The position numbers were made by a program, and so were the translations under genes. A model generated the notes under the pieces. It worked only from the letters and a program-made list of their open reading frames with translations. It searched no databases and was not told the DNA's origin. Positions 50,316 through 59,135 of a stretch of 64,000 nt of DNA are shown piece by piece. The DNA comes from a bacterium. GTDB lineage: Bacteria; Patescibacteriota; Andersenbacteria; UBA10190. Location: assembly GCA_030698495.1 (NCBI GenBank), contig JAUYKA010000008.1:14895-78894 (forward strand). The letters are read 5' to 3'. Every line of letters begins with the position of its first letter. Position 1 is the stretch's first letter.

Positions 50316-51539
50316 ATGAAAATATTGTTTTTGTCGGCCTTATATCCGCCGCAGACGCGCGGAGGCGGCGAGTTGTCAACACACTATATTGCCCAGGGAC
50401 TACGTCAAATCGGGCATGAAGTTCAAGTTGTGACGACAGGCGCGCGAAACGGAGCATATGAAGTTGAGGGCGTGCCGGTCAGGGTGTTGGCGGCTAATCT
50501 AACCGCGAAACCTTTGCTGGAAAGAAGGCATAGCCGGAAAATGGCGAAGATATTGGCGCGGGAAATTAATAGCGGTAAAAAATACGATGTCGTGCACGCA
50601 CATGATTTCAGGTCAGCTTTGGCGCTGGCGGAGTTAAACTTGCCTAACGCACTGGTAACGACACGCGATTACGCGCAGATTTGCGGTTCCCCGAATAATT
50701 TATTAGCGGACGGACGGGAATGTCCCGGCTGTACCAGTATTAAAAATGTTTTGCAAAATCGCAACGTGGTGGAAGCGCCGTTTTTGCGTAAACCGTTCAG
50801 AGTTTGGCAGTACCGGTACAATATTGGATATCGCTTGAAGGCTTTTCGTAAATTTAAACAGCAGGTTTTTATATCGCACGCACAATTGGCGGAAATAAAA
50901 AAAATACAGGATTTATCGCAAACCCAAACAACGGTGATTTATAATCCGGTACCGCCGGCTTATTTGAACAACGCTATCCAGCTGCCGGTGGGGCGGACTA
51001 TCTTGTTTGTTGGTACGATAGAATCGTATAAGGGAGTGGGGTTGTTACTGGAAGCGTTTAAACAAATAAGCCGTCAATATAACGACATCAATTTAAAGAT
51101 TGTCGGAGAAGGGGCGGGGAAGGAAGGATATCAAAACTGGGTAGAGAAAAACGGGTTACAGTACCGGGTGACTTTTGTGGGTCGGGTACCGTGGGATCAT
51201 ATGGGCAGGATTTATGATGAAGCGGCGATAGTGGTGGCGCCGCATATTTGGGTAGAACCTTTTGGCAGGACGGTCGCTGAAGCTATGGCGCGAGGTAAAA
51301 TAGTTATTAGCGCCAATATTGGCGGGCCGGCGGAGATCATCCAGCCTTTTAAGACAGGGGTATTATTCGAAAGGGGCTCCGTTGAAGATTTAATTTTATC
51401 AATTGGTGAGGTACTGGAGATGAATGAGTTCGATAAGAGGGAGATTAGCCGGGCGGCGCGAGAGTGGGTGGCGAATAATTTGAATATTGAGAAGATTGCG
51501 CGGGAATATGAGGAAGTTTACAAGAATTATTTGTGTTAG
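50316..51539 (+). CDS. GT4 glycosyltransferase
   Basis: YPPQTRGGGE, YKGV, EPFGRTVAEAM motifs. Confidence 0.9.
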   Translation: MKILFLSALYPPQTRGGGELSTHYIAQGLRQIGHEVQVVTTGARNGAYEVEGVPVRVLAANLTAKPLLERRHSRKMAKILAREINSGKKYDVVHAHDFRSALALAELNLPNALVTTRDYAQICGSPNNLLADGRECPGCTSIKNVLQNRNVVEAPFLRKPFRVWQYRYNIGYRLKAFRKFKQQVFISHAQLAEIKKIQDLSQTQTTVIYNPVPPAYLNNAIQLPVGRTILFVGTIESYKGVGLLLEAFKQISRQYNDINLKIVGEGAGKEGYQNWVEKNGLQYRVTFVGRVPWDHMGRIYDEAAIVVAPHIWVEPFGRTVAEAMARGKIVISANIGGPAEIIQPFKTGVLFERGSVEDLILSIGEVLEMNEFDKREISRAAREWVANNLNIEKIAREYEEVYKNYLC

Positions 51540-52753
51540 TTAGATTGCCGCGTCTCGCGATTTATCACGCACCTCCAGCCGGCGCTAAAGCTATGGCTGG
51601 CGCAGCGCAATGACGTTGCTTTAGAAACAATATCGGGTAAAACCATTTCGGGTGCTAGTTTTAGAAGGGTGGGATGGGTGTTTGAACCAAAATTGTAATT
51701 AGTATTGACGTCATAAACCGGTGTGGTTTCAGGGGCGCGAACCGACCAGCTTTGCCGGCCGCGAGGACCGGTTTTATTTTCATCGGTAGGGCCGAATAAA
51801 CCAAGGGTGGGTGTGCCAACGATGGCGGCTAGATGCATAAGTCCGGAGTCGTTGGATATAAAAAGTTGGCAGTTTTTCATGATGGCGGCGGTAGTGAGGA
51901 GATTGGTGGTATTTAGTATTTTGTATTTAGTATTTTGCCGCTTTAAAAGCTCTCCTAGTTTTTGCTTGATATCATTTTCATCATTACCGCCAAAGATGAG
52001 AAATATTGTTTGTTGATAGCGTGTTTGATTGGTGAGTAGTTCGGCTAGTTTGGCAAAGTTTTCTAATGGCCAGCGTTTCCATTTGAATTCCTGGCTGGAG
52101 CCGGGATGGAGGCCAACGAGGGTCGTCCCGGGTGGTATGTTGAGCGATTTTAAGATTTTATTTGCTTGTGCAGTTAATTTATTGGGGATGTTTATTTTGT
52201 AGGACGACCCAATTTCCAATTTCCCAGCCGTTGTTTGCGAGCTATGGCCGGCAAGGCAATTTCCCAGCCGTTGCTTGCGAGCTATGGCCGGCAAGGCAAT
52301 TTCCAATTTTGACAGTAAGTTGAGGTTTTGTTCTATGTCATGGAGTTTCGGGTTTGGCGGGACTGAATCTGTCAGTAAGAAACCGCTTTGCGGGTTATGA
52401 CGATAGGGATATTGATGGGCGAGACGTTTGGGGATGCCGGCTAAGTACATATAGGCGGCGCCTTTCCATAATTGGCCGGGGTGGAGCATGATGGCGATGT
52501 CATAATGGCCGCGGCGCAGACGCCACAGTTGTTGATAGTGGAAAAGAAGCGACCCTCTGATTGGCGCTTCGATAACTTCGTCGATATACGGATTGGTTTG
52601 AGCTAAAGCTTTAGTACCGCGTGGGGCAACCCAAACGACTAGACGGGCGTGAGGGTAGTGTTGTTTTAATGTGCGGAAGACCGGCGATTGTATGAGAAAA
52701 TTGCCAATACCGGCAAGAGAAAGTATCAGAATATTGGGTGATTTTTTTGACAT
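51536..52753 (-). CDS. GT9 (heptosyltransferase-like) glycosyltransferase with repeat-derived insertions
   Basis: AGIGNFL, LHPGSS..WKRWP, SNDSGLMHLAA, LFGPT motifs. Confidence 0.88.
   Translation of the reverse strand: MSKKSPNILILSLAGIGNFLIQSPVFRTLKQHYPHARLVVWVAPRGTKALAQTNPYIDEVIEAPIRGSLLFHYQQLWRLRRGHYDIAIMLHPGQLWKGAAYMYLAGIPKRLAHQYPYRHNPQSGFLLTDSVPPNPKLHDIEQNLNLLSKLEIALPAIARKQRLGNCLAGHSSQTTAGKLEIGSSYKINIPNKLTAQANKILKSLNIPPGTTLVGLHPGSSQEFKWKRWPLENFAKLAELLTNQTRYQQTIFLIFGGNDENDIKQKLGELLKRQNTKYKILNTTNLLTTAAIMKNCQLFISNDSGLMHLAAIVGTPTLGLFGPTDENKTGPRGRQSWSVRAPETTPVYDVNTNYNFGSNTHPTLLKLAPEMVLPDIVSKATSLRCASHSFSAGWRCVINRETRQSN
51541..51615. repeat. Nested REP-like palindrome (outer element plus 31-nt module)
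   Basis: TAGATTGCCGCG...CT|CCAGCCGGCGCTAAAGCTATGGCTGGCGCAG|CGCAATGACG. Confidence 0.8.
51909..51936. repeat. In-frame heptamer array
   Basis: GTATTTA GTATTTT x2; encodes QNTKYKILNT. Confidence 0.8.
52210..52310. repeat. CAATTTC heptamer array with two 33-nt hairpin inserts (40-bp tandem duplication)
   Basis: 52217-52256 and 52257-52296 differ at 1 base; flanked by CAATTTC/CAATTTT units. Confidence 0.88.
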
Positions 52754-52833
52754 GGATTAATGATAAGTATACTACGTAATTGTAGGTACCTTGTCATCAA
52801 CAATCGGACTACTTGGTATAAAGGGGTGTACCG

Positions 52834-53223
52834 ATGAAGAAAAATGAAATATACCGAGTGTTTGTGTCAACGGGAACGAGAAATAGAAGCGCGGTGGATT
52901 GGTGGTGCCGTCAGGTTATCAGTCACGGTTGTATGCCAGAGATAATCGCGCCCGGTGACTTAGAGGCTGCGTTTTTGGTTTCATCCGTTCACGATGCTTT
53001 TTTGATTGATTTTGTTAATCCGGTGGAAGCGCCGGTTTTGGCCAGGTGCATTTACTTGATCAAGCGAGTATATCCGCGGAGATTGGCGCTGGTGCTGGTA
53101 TCCCAAGACGATCCGCTGGATATGGTGCGTCTGTTTGACGATATGATGTGGGTGCACCGCCATAACTGGGATATGCAGTGCGATTTGGCGAGAATATCCC
53201 GACGGGACATTGAAGCGGCGTAA
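52834..53223 (+). CDS. Hypothetical protein, possibly a degenerate receiver-like domain
   Basis: 129 aa; GGGGTG Shine-Dalgarno-like sequence; AFLIDF...IKRVYP..LVLVS pattern. Confidence 0.5.
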   Translation: MKKNEIYRVFVSTGTRNRSAVDWWCRQVISHGCMPEIIAPGDLEAAFLVSSVHDAFLIDFVNPVEAPVLARCIYLIKRVYPRRLALVLVSQDDPLDMVRLFDDMMWVHRHNWDMQCDLARISRRDIEAA

Positions 53224-53235
53224 GCCGACAAGCGA

Positions 53236-54390
53236 TTACTGGTTGGTTGGTACCAGTTCTTGGTACAAATCAACCAGTTTTTTTATTGATTTTTCCCAAC
53301 TAAAGTTTTGCCGAACGTATGCCTGGCCGTTTTTACCAAGACGAGTGGACAGGGCTTTATTACGCAACAGACCATCCAAGGCGCGGGTCAGTTGGTTTTT
53401 GTCATTAAAGAGCAAAGATGATTGATTATGGGGAGCAACATAAGGTATGGCTGCAACATTACGGGCAACAACGGCCAGGCCGGCAGCGGAGGCTTCGGCG
53501 ATAACAATGCCGAACGCTTCGTAAAAAGAGGGGTGGACAAAAACATCGGCGTGCCGATAGGCGGCCAGTATTTCCCGGTCGGTCAGATGACCGATGAATT
53601 TTACGTGGCGGTCTACACCTTGCGCGCCGGCCAGTTTTAGTAATGTTTTTTTGACACCAAAATCATCACCGATGATGACGTACATGACGTCGGGGTGTTT
53701 TTTGATAATTTCCGGGAGCGCCAAAATCATGTCTTGGTAACCCTTGGCCGCTGAAATACGTCCGATCGAAAGAAGTATTCGGCCCGATATACTCCTGGCG
53801 GCAAACGGATTTTCGTTTGCGGGCGTTGATTGGTTGACCGTAACGCCCGGAGGAATTAAGACAAAACGTTTAACGGGAAAATTGTTTTTTTCTATCAGCT
53901 TTTGTTCATAGGGAGAAATGACAATGACAGCATCGGCGTTAGCAAAAGTTTTTTTGCCGATAGTGCCGGCATATAGCCGCCAGAGGGGCTTATGTCTGAT
54001 TTTGTTAGTGTAGAAAAACGGATTAAAAACGAAGGGTATATGATGTTTTTTGGCATAGCGCGAGGCGGTGTCAGCCGGTTGGTACCAAAAGCTATGGGCG
54101 TGAATAATGTCGGGCTGGTGGTGCTTCAGGTAATAGGGCAGCGCTTGAAGTTTAGGATAAGAAACAAAGGGGGTGGTGCCGGTAAAAAGACGCTGAATAT
54201 AAGGAGGATCATCCAGAAGCAGTTCGGGGTTTAATGTTGTGACGGGTCCGTGTGTGCGCATGGCGCTGGTTAAAACGCGTACGTCGCGGTGAGCCGATAT
54301 GTTGCGCGTTCTTTCAACGAGCTGTTTTACGTATGTTTCAACGCCGCCGGTGGCGGGAGGGTAACGCAGGCAGGTGTGGATGATTCTCAT
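53236..54390 (-). CDS. GT4 glycosyltransferase
   Basis: YPPATGGVE, GRISAAKG, EAFGIVIAEA motifs. Confidence 0.9.
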   Translation of the reverse strand: MRIIHTCLRYPPATGGVETYVKQLVERTRNISAHRDVRVLTSAMRTHGPVTTLNPELLLDDPPYIQRLFTGTTPFVSYPKLQALPYYLKHHQPDIIHAHSFWYQPADTASRYAKKHHIPFVFNPFFYTNKIRHKPLWRLYAGTIGKKTFANADAVIVISPYEQKLIEKNNFPVKRFVLIPPGVTVNQSTPANENPFAARSISGRILLSIGRISAAKGYQDMILALPEIIKKHPDVMYVIIGDDFGVKKTLLKLAGAQGVDRHVKFIGHLTDREILAAYRHADVFVHPSFYEAFGIVIAEASAAGLAVVARNVAAIPYVAPHNQSSLLFNDKNQLTRALDGLLRNKALSTRLGKNGQAYVRQNFSWEKSIKKLVDLYQELVPTNQ

Positions 54391-54440
54391 GACTGCAGAA
54401 TGATAAATATTTGTCTAAATTGGAAGCTGGTATGTTGACG

Positions 54441-54567
54441 AATATCAAATATCAAATTACAAATGCCAAATAAATTCCAAAATCCAAATACCAAAATGAA
54501 GATAGTATTTGTCATTTGGGCTTTGACATTGATTTAGTATTTGTCATTTGGGCTTTGACATTTAGTA
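54441..54567. repeat. Element with inverted heptamer-array arms
   Basis: Left arm of AAATATC-type heptamers (54441-54495). Right arm contains an exact 28-bp direct repeat, TAGTATTTGTCATTTGGGCTTTGACATT (54503-54530 and 54535-54562). Confidence 0.8.
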
Positions 54568-55396
54568 GATATTTGTTTCCCATTTCAAATTCATAATAAG
54601 CTGACAAGAGGCACCAAACTATACCAGACCAGCCATCCAGTATGCCGCGGCGGTAAAATAATAGTTTGATTAGTTGGTGCAGAGCTAGATAGTAGGGCAG
54701 AAAAAACGATGGGGAAACTTTGCGTCCCGAGCGGTGGCGACCGGTTTCGGCCATCAGGGAGGCATCGAGCGTGGTGTAATGGTGCATTTTTGTTAGGTAG
54801 GATTTTACGGTTTGGTGCGAATAATGGAGGAGGGGGGTTTCCAGGATTTTCGTGTCTTGGTCGCCTAGGTGGATCACATTTTGTTGCTTAGAGATTGCCG
54901 CGTCGTCGCCAGAGGCTCCTCCTCGCAATGACGGTATTACGCGAGTCACTTGTTCGTGGACTTTGTCGTCTGTCCAGCGGGCGGTGTCTTTTTTAAATAA
55001 ACGCAAGTTGTGCCCGTAGAGATGATTTAAGGGTTTGCCCAGAAAAACAGTTACTATTTTGAGCCAGTAATAATTAATGTATTTTGTATTTTGTATTTTG
55101 TATTTTGCGGTGACGGTCTTTATTTCATTGGCGAGTTCCGGTGATACTTCTTCATCGGCGTCGATAAATAATACCCACTCTCCGGAAGCGTGTTTAAGAC
55201 CGACGTTTTTTTGCGGGCCATAACCAAGCCAGCTTTGTTTAATTACTTGGGCGCCTAGGGTGTGAGCTATATCTACGGTGTTATCGGTGCTGTCTGAATC
55301 GACGATAATTTTTTGGTTAACAAAGTTAAGACCGTTCAGGCAGCGGCTGATGTTGGACTCTTCGTTTTTGGTGATGGTGACGGAAGTTATACTCAT
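54512..55396 (-). CDS. GT2 glycosyltransferase (WaaE/KdtX-like) with repeat insertions
   Basis: ITKNEE, VDSDSTD, WLGYGPQKN, FIDADE, VHE, LLHY motifs. Confidence 0.88.
   Translation of the reverse strand: MSITSVTITKNEESNISRCLNGLNFVNQKIIVDSDSTDNTVDIAHTLGAQVIKQSWLGYGPQKNVGLKHASGEWVLFIDADEEVSPELANEIKTVTAKYKIQNTKYINYYWLKIVTVFLGKPLNHLYGHNLRLFKKDTARWTDDKVHEQVTRVIPSLRGGASGDDAAISKQQNVIHLGDQDTKILETPLLHYSHQTVKSYLTKMHHYTTLDASLMAETGRHRSGRKVSPSFFLPYYLALHQLIKLLFYRRGILDGWSGIVWCLLSAYYEFEMGNKYLLNVKAQMTNTKSMSKPK
54891..54934. repeat. In-frame REP-like palindrome (uninterrupted outer element)
   Basis: GAGATTGCCGCGTCGTCGCCAGAGGCTCCTCCTCGCAATGACGG; encodes PSLRGGASGDDAAIS. Confidence 0.8.
55079..55106. repeat. 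In-frame perfect heptamer array
   Basis: GTATTTT x4; encodes KYKIQNTKY. Confidence 0.9.
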
Positions 55397-55402
55397 TGAT
55401 TT

Positions 55403-56038
55403 TTAGCTGCTGATGGTACGAATTTTGATAGGTAATTTACGGATAAAATTCAAGTGGCGGTGAAAATCTTTTAAAGATACAAAATAAGGGTAAGAAGACG
55501 GCGTGCTGGAGACCAGGTGGAATGTTTCGATAAGCCAGAGGTTATTGATACATGCCCAGACAGCTAATAAATTGGCTTTCCAGACGCGGTAATTAGCGGT
55601 TGTAAAATTGTAAGTTTTAAGAGCCATTGGTTCGGCCGGCGGTATTTTTTCAAAGCCTTTTTCTACGGTACGAGCGAAACGATAAAAACGAGAGGCGGCG
55701 GTTGTAACGGTTTGGTTGTATGCTCCGCCCGGATAAACCAGGGTTTGAGCATGAAGAAGACTGGCCGGTTGCTGTAATTCCGATAATAGTTGAGTTTTAT
55801 TTAGCTTAGTGAGATCTGCGTGAGAAATGGAGTGGGCAGCAATTTCGTGTCCGGATTGTTTAAGTGGCAGCCAACGGTCGGGTCCGGCCGTAGCTATTTT
55901 TTCTTGGGCGGCTACTGCCTGGCTCTGAATAGGCACGGCAAAGACAGCCGGAATTTTATGTTTATTGAGCATAGGAACAACTTCGTTTAAAACCGGCTCG
56001 TAGCCATCATCAAATACGAATGTAAGATAACCGGACAT
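55403..56038 (-). CDS. Polysaccharide deacetylase (NodB-like)
   Basis: FVFDDG, HEIAAHSISH, YPGG motifs. Confidence 0.85.
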   Translation of the reverse strand: MSGYLTFVFDDGYEPVLNEVVPMLNKHKIPAVFAVPIQSQAVAAQEKIATAGPDRWLPLKQSGHEIAAHSISHADLTKLNKTQLLSELQQPASLLHAQTLVYPGGAYNQTVTTAASRFYRFARTVEKGFEKIPPAEPMALKTYNFTTANYRVWKANLLAVWACINNLWLIETFHLVSSTPSSYPYFVSLKDFHRHLNFIRKLPIKIRTISS

Positions 56039-56039
56039 T

Positions 56040-57215
56040 CTAAGAAGAGACTCTTTTAAGTAGATTGATTAAGCGCTGACTGCTTTGGCCGTCGGTGTAG
56101 GTGATAAGTTTTTTGATAGTGGCGAGACGAGTGTTTTGTTTGAAGGCGGGATCGGTCAGATATTTTTGCATGGCCAAAATAAGTTGTTTTTCATTATTGA
56201 CAACAGTGGTGCCGCCACTTGAAATAATATCACGGTAATGTTGCCGGAAATCACGGTAAACCATTGAGCGGTACCAACGCCACCAATCGAAGCGGCGGCC
56301 GTATTTTACGTTAACGACCGGGACATCGGCTAGCATGGATTCAATAGCCACGGTGGAAGATTGGTTGATGAGTATGGCAGAGTGTTTAAATAGGGCTACG
56401 TGCCGATAAATTTCTTCGTATGTCGGCAAGTAGTGAAAATGCGGTGAGGGCGAGTCTGACCTTCGGCCGAAGGAATATTCAACCTTGGCGCCGTATTGGC
56501 GATAGAACAAATGGCGGGAGATATCACCGCCGGGATGAACCGAAGCGTAAATTGAGGTGTTGCCAGGCAATTGGCGGCGGCTGACAGCTTGCTTAATGGA
56601 TTGAATAATGTAACCGAAGGGGTACAGCTCGGTGGTGGCGCAGTGAATAAGCTTTTGATCAGGCTTTAGCGATAGAGAGGTCAAGAACTGTTGGCGATCG
56701 GGAATTAGATGGTTATGATAGAAAAAATCAAAACGGGGAACGCCGATAATGTCTATTTTTTCTCTGTATTGAGAAAAGAGACGTAATGCGTGGTCACGCA
56801 TCATACTATTCCAAACAGCCAGATGGTCGGGCAGAGCGTATTCCCGACCGTATTTTATCAGACGCTCAATTTTATAAACATTGTCCCAACTGGCAATAAA
56901 CGCGCAGGAGGGGATATTGTGGCGGTGCGCGGCGCGAATTATGGGCAGGTCAGAACTATCAAGGCCGATAGTGGGGGTGACTACAATGTCCGGTTGCAGT
57001 TGGTTTAGCAGTTTGTCGTGCCCTGTTTGGTCGGAAGGGGTTTGGTGATAGCTGAATTTATCACCCAAGCTATTGAGGCGAGAGCGTAAATAATCGGCCG
57101 CGGGGGTTAAGACTTGAACGTGTGATATGACGGGGTCATTTTTCAATAAAGGAGCGAGAGGCAATAAGAGCTCGCGTGTGTTGAAGCCGGTGGGAGCAGA
57201 AACGGCTATTTTCAT
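56040..57215 (-). CDS. GT-B-like protein (CDP-glycerol glycerophosphotransferase-related)
   Basis: IASWDN, GVPRFD, VHP, SSTVAIESML motifs; start trimmed to 57215. Confidence 0.6.
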   Translation of the reverse strand: MKIAVSAPTGFNTRELLLPLAPLLKNDPVISHVQVLTPAADYLRSRLNSLGDKFSYHQTPSDQTGHDKLLNQLQPDIVVTPTIGLDSSDLPIIRAAHRHNIPSCAFIASWDNVYKIERLIKYGREYALPDHLAVWNSMMRDHALRLFSQYREKIDIIGVPRFDFFYHNHLIPDRQQFLTSLSLKPDQKLIHCATTELYPFGYIIQSIKQAVSRRQLPGNTSIYASVHPGGDISRHLFYRQYGAKVEYSFGRRSDSPSPHFHYLPTYEEIYRHVALFKHSAILINQSSTVAIESMLADVPVVNVKYGRRFDWWRWYRSMVYRDFRQHYRDIISSGGTTVVNNEKQLILAMQKYLTDPAFKQNTRLATIKKLITYTDGQSSQRLINLLKRVSS

Positions 57216-57235
57216 GAGATAGGCTTTATGCGGGA

Positions 57236-57943
57236 TTATTTCCCCGTCAGCCGCAGTTTCCAAACTATAGCCATGGCTTCACGGACTATTTTGCCACTCA
57301 TTTTAGATTTCCCGGCCCGGCGTTCAGTAAAGACAATGGGTATTTCTTTAATGCGCAGATGTCGGCGCCATGACCGGAAGATGGTTATTACTTGAAAACC
57401 ATAGCCATCGGCACGGATTGTTGGTAAGTCAATAGTTTGAAGAGCGCTTGATCGCCAAGCGCGAAAGCCGCCGGTTGAATCTTTAAAAGGAAGGCCGGTA
57501 ATAAAACCGGCGTAAGCGTTGCCGCCGATGCTTAAAAGTAAGCGGCGCAGGGGCCAATTGACGATACTGATGCCGTTAACGTAGCGCGAGCCAATAACAA
57601 CATCGCTGCTTTCCAGGTGTTGGAGTAGTCGGGGGACATCATGGGGGTTATGAGAAAAGTCCGCATCCATCTGCACGACACTATCCGCCCCTTTTGCGAC
57701 GGCGTATTGAAAACCATGAATGTAGGCGCGGCCGAGGCCGGATTTTTTGGGGCGGACGACGAGTTGCAGTTTTGGAAAGTTGGTTTGCAGACGGCGCACT
57801 ATATCGGCCGTGCGGTCGGGAGAGTTATCGTCAATAATAAGAACGGAAATATTGGGTACGTTAAGAGCGAACAAAGATTTGATCATTTGTTCGATATTCA
57901 TTTTTTCGTTGTAGGTAGGTATGACTACCCAAGGATTGTTCAT
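57236..57943 (-). CDS. Polyprenol-phosphate mannose synthase (DPM1/Ppm1-like GT2)
   Basis: IPTYNEKMN, DDNSPD, GLGRAY, QMDADFSH, ERRAGKSKM motifs. Confidence 0.9.
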   Translation of the reverse strand: MNNPWVVIPTYNEKMNIEQMIKSLFALNVPNISVLIIDDNSPDRTADIVRRLQTNFPKLQLVVRPKKSGLGRAYIHGFQYAVAKGADSVVQMDADFSHNPHDVPRLLQHLESSDVVIGSRYVNGISIVNWPLRRLLLSIGGNAYAGFITGLPFKDSTGGFRAWRSSALQTIDLPTIRADGYGFQVITIFRSWRRHLRIKEIPIVFTERRAGKSKMSGKIVREAMAIVWKLRLTGK

Positions 57944-58005
57944 ATGCCAAGATTAGCAGTATATGGGGTTATTAGTAAACCCTGCGGATGCAGGCAAATA
58001 AGTAA

Positions 58006-59052
58006 TTAACCGGGCGGAAGAATGTCTTGAAGCACAGTCATGATTTCGGACACGGTAATGGCCGCCAGGCCGGACTTGGTTGATTGTTTGCCGGGACGCG
58101 TCCAATTTTTATAGTGTTGTCGGTTTACCTCGGCGGATGTTAATTCGGGCGGAGGATTCGGGCTTTTTAGGATAGTATACGGAAGAGAAGATGGTCCGAG
58201 TAGAGTACGGTGTCGGCGTTGTTTATCCGCAATATATTTATTAAGAAAAAAGGCCGGAGCTGATCGGTGTAACGCCTGATCGCAAAAAAGGGTAAGCGTA
58301 GGCGCACCGACGGCCGCGGCAAAATGGAGAGGTCCGGACATTACGCCGATAGCCGCATCGGCAAAAGTCAACGTGGCCATGTTTTCTCTTAACGTAAGGG
58401 GGCGCCCTTTGTATTCCGGCGTATATTTACCGCCAAACCAGATAGGCGCGACGCGGTATATTTTTTTTATTTGCGATGACAAATCGTCTATTTTACCGGG
58501 GTCCCAACCGCGAGTAGTGGCGCCTTCCAGTCCTTCCAGCAGAATAATGCGGGGGTGAGGCGCGCTGGCCATAACGTTGGAGGCAATATATTCGTCTTGA
58601 GGTGTTAAATATATTTTATAGTTGGTAAAATCCGCTTGCGGTAATCCCAGGTGCCGATATATTTTTTTTAATGGGTTGTCTTCGTGGCCGATGCCGAAAT
58701 CAAGTTCGTATGTGTTAGTATAGGAGCCGGAATTTTTTTGTTGATTAAAATACTGACGGTTCCAGGTGGGGAAACACCGGCCATCTTCACAACAAGTGCG
58801 GGCTGACAGGTCAAGCTTGGTATCATGCCAATGGATTAATTGATCTATGTGAGGGTTAGTCATGATGAGACTGACGCAGAAACCGTCCTGATTTCTTTTG
58901 CCCCAGCGGCCGTGTTTATCTTTAAATCCCCAGGGTGTTATAAAGGTAATATGGCAGTCTGGATATTTTTGTTTCAGGACAGATAATATGGGCGGTATAA
59001 AAAAAACCAGATCACCCATGTTGCCGACGTGTTTTATTAAAAATTTTTTCAT
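58006..59052 (-). CDS. GT9-like glycosyltransferase
   Basis: GNMGDLV, TRGW, SGPLHFAAAVGAPTLTLF motifs. Confidence 0.75.
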   Translation of the reverse strand: MKKFLIKHVGNMGDLVFFIPPILSVLKQKYPDCHITFITPWGFKDKHGRWGKRNQDGFCVSLIMTNPHIDQLIHWHDTKLDLSARTCCEDGRCFPTWNRQYFNQQKNSGSYTNTYELDFGIGHEDNPLKKIYRHLGLPQADFTNYKIYLTPQDEYIASNVMASAPHPRIILLEGLEGATTRGWDPGKIDDLSSQIKKIYRVAPIWFGGKYTPEYKGRPLTLRENMATLTFADAAIGVMSGPLHFAAAVGAPTLTLFCDQALHRSAPAFFLNKYIADKQRRHRTLLGPSSLPYTILKSPNPPPELTSAEVNRQHYKNWTRPGKQSTKSGLAAITVSEIMTVLQDILPPG

Positions 59053-59101
59053 GGCTTATTTTTAAGCATATACATAAGAAGGAAAAGTGGAAGCGCCTTA
59101 A

Positions 59102-59135
59102 TAGACAATCAGAAGAGCTGTAATATAATAAAGCT
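59102..59135 (+). promoter_or_regulatory. Sigma70 promoter of a leaderless pilin-like gene
   Basis: TAGACA-16nt-TATAAT-6nt-ATG. Confidence 0.65.

Noticed and set aside
52217-52296. CRISPR array
   Set aside because: Only two adjacent near-identical 40-bp units, no unique spacers, inside a CDS, and no cas genes.
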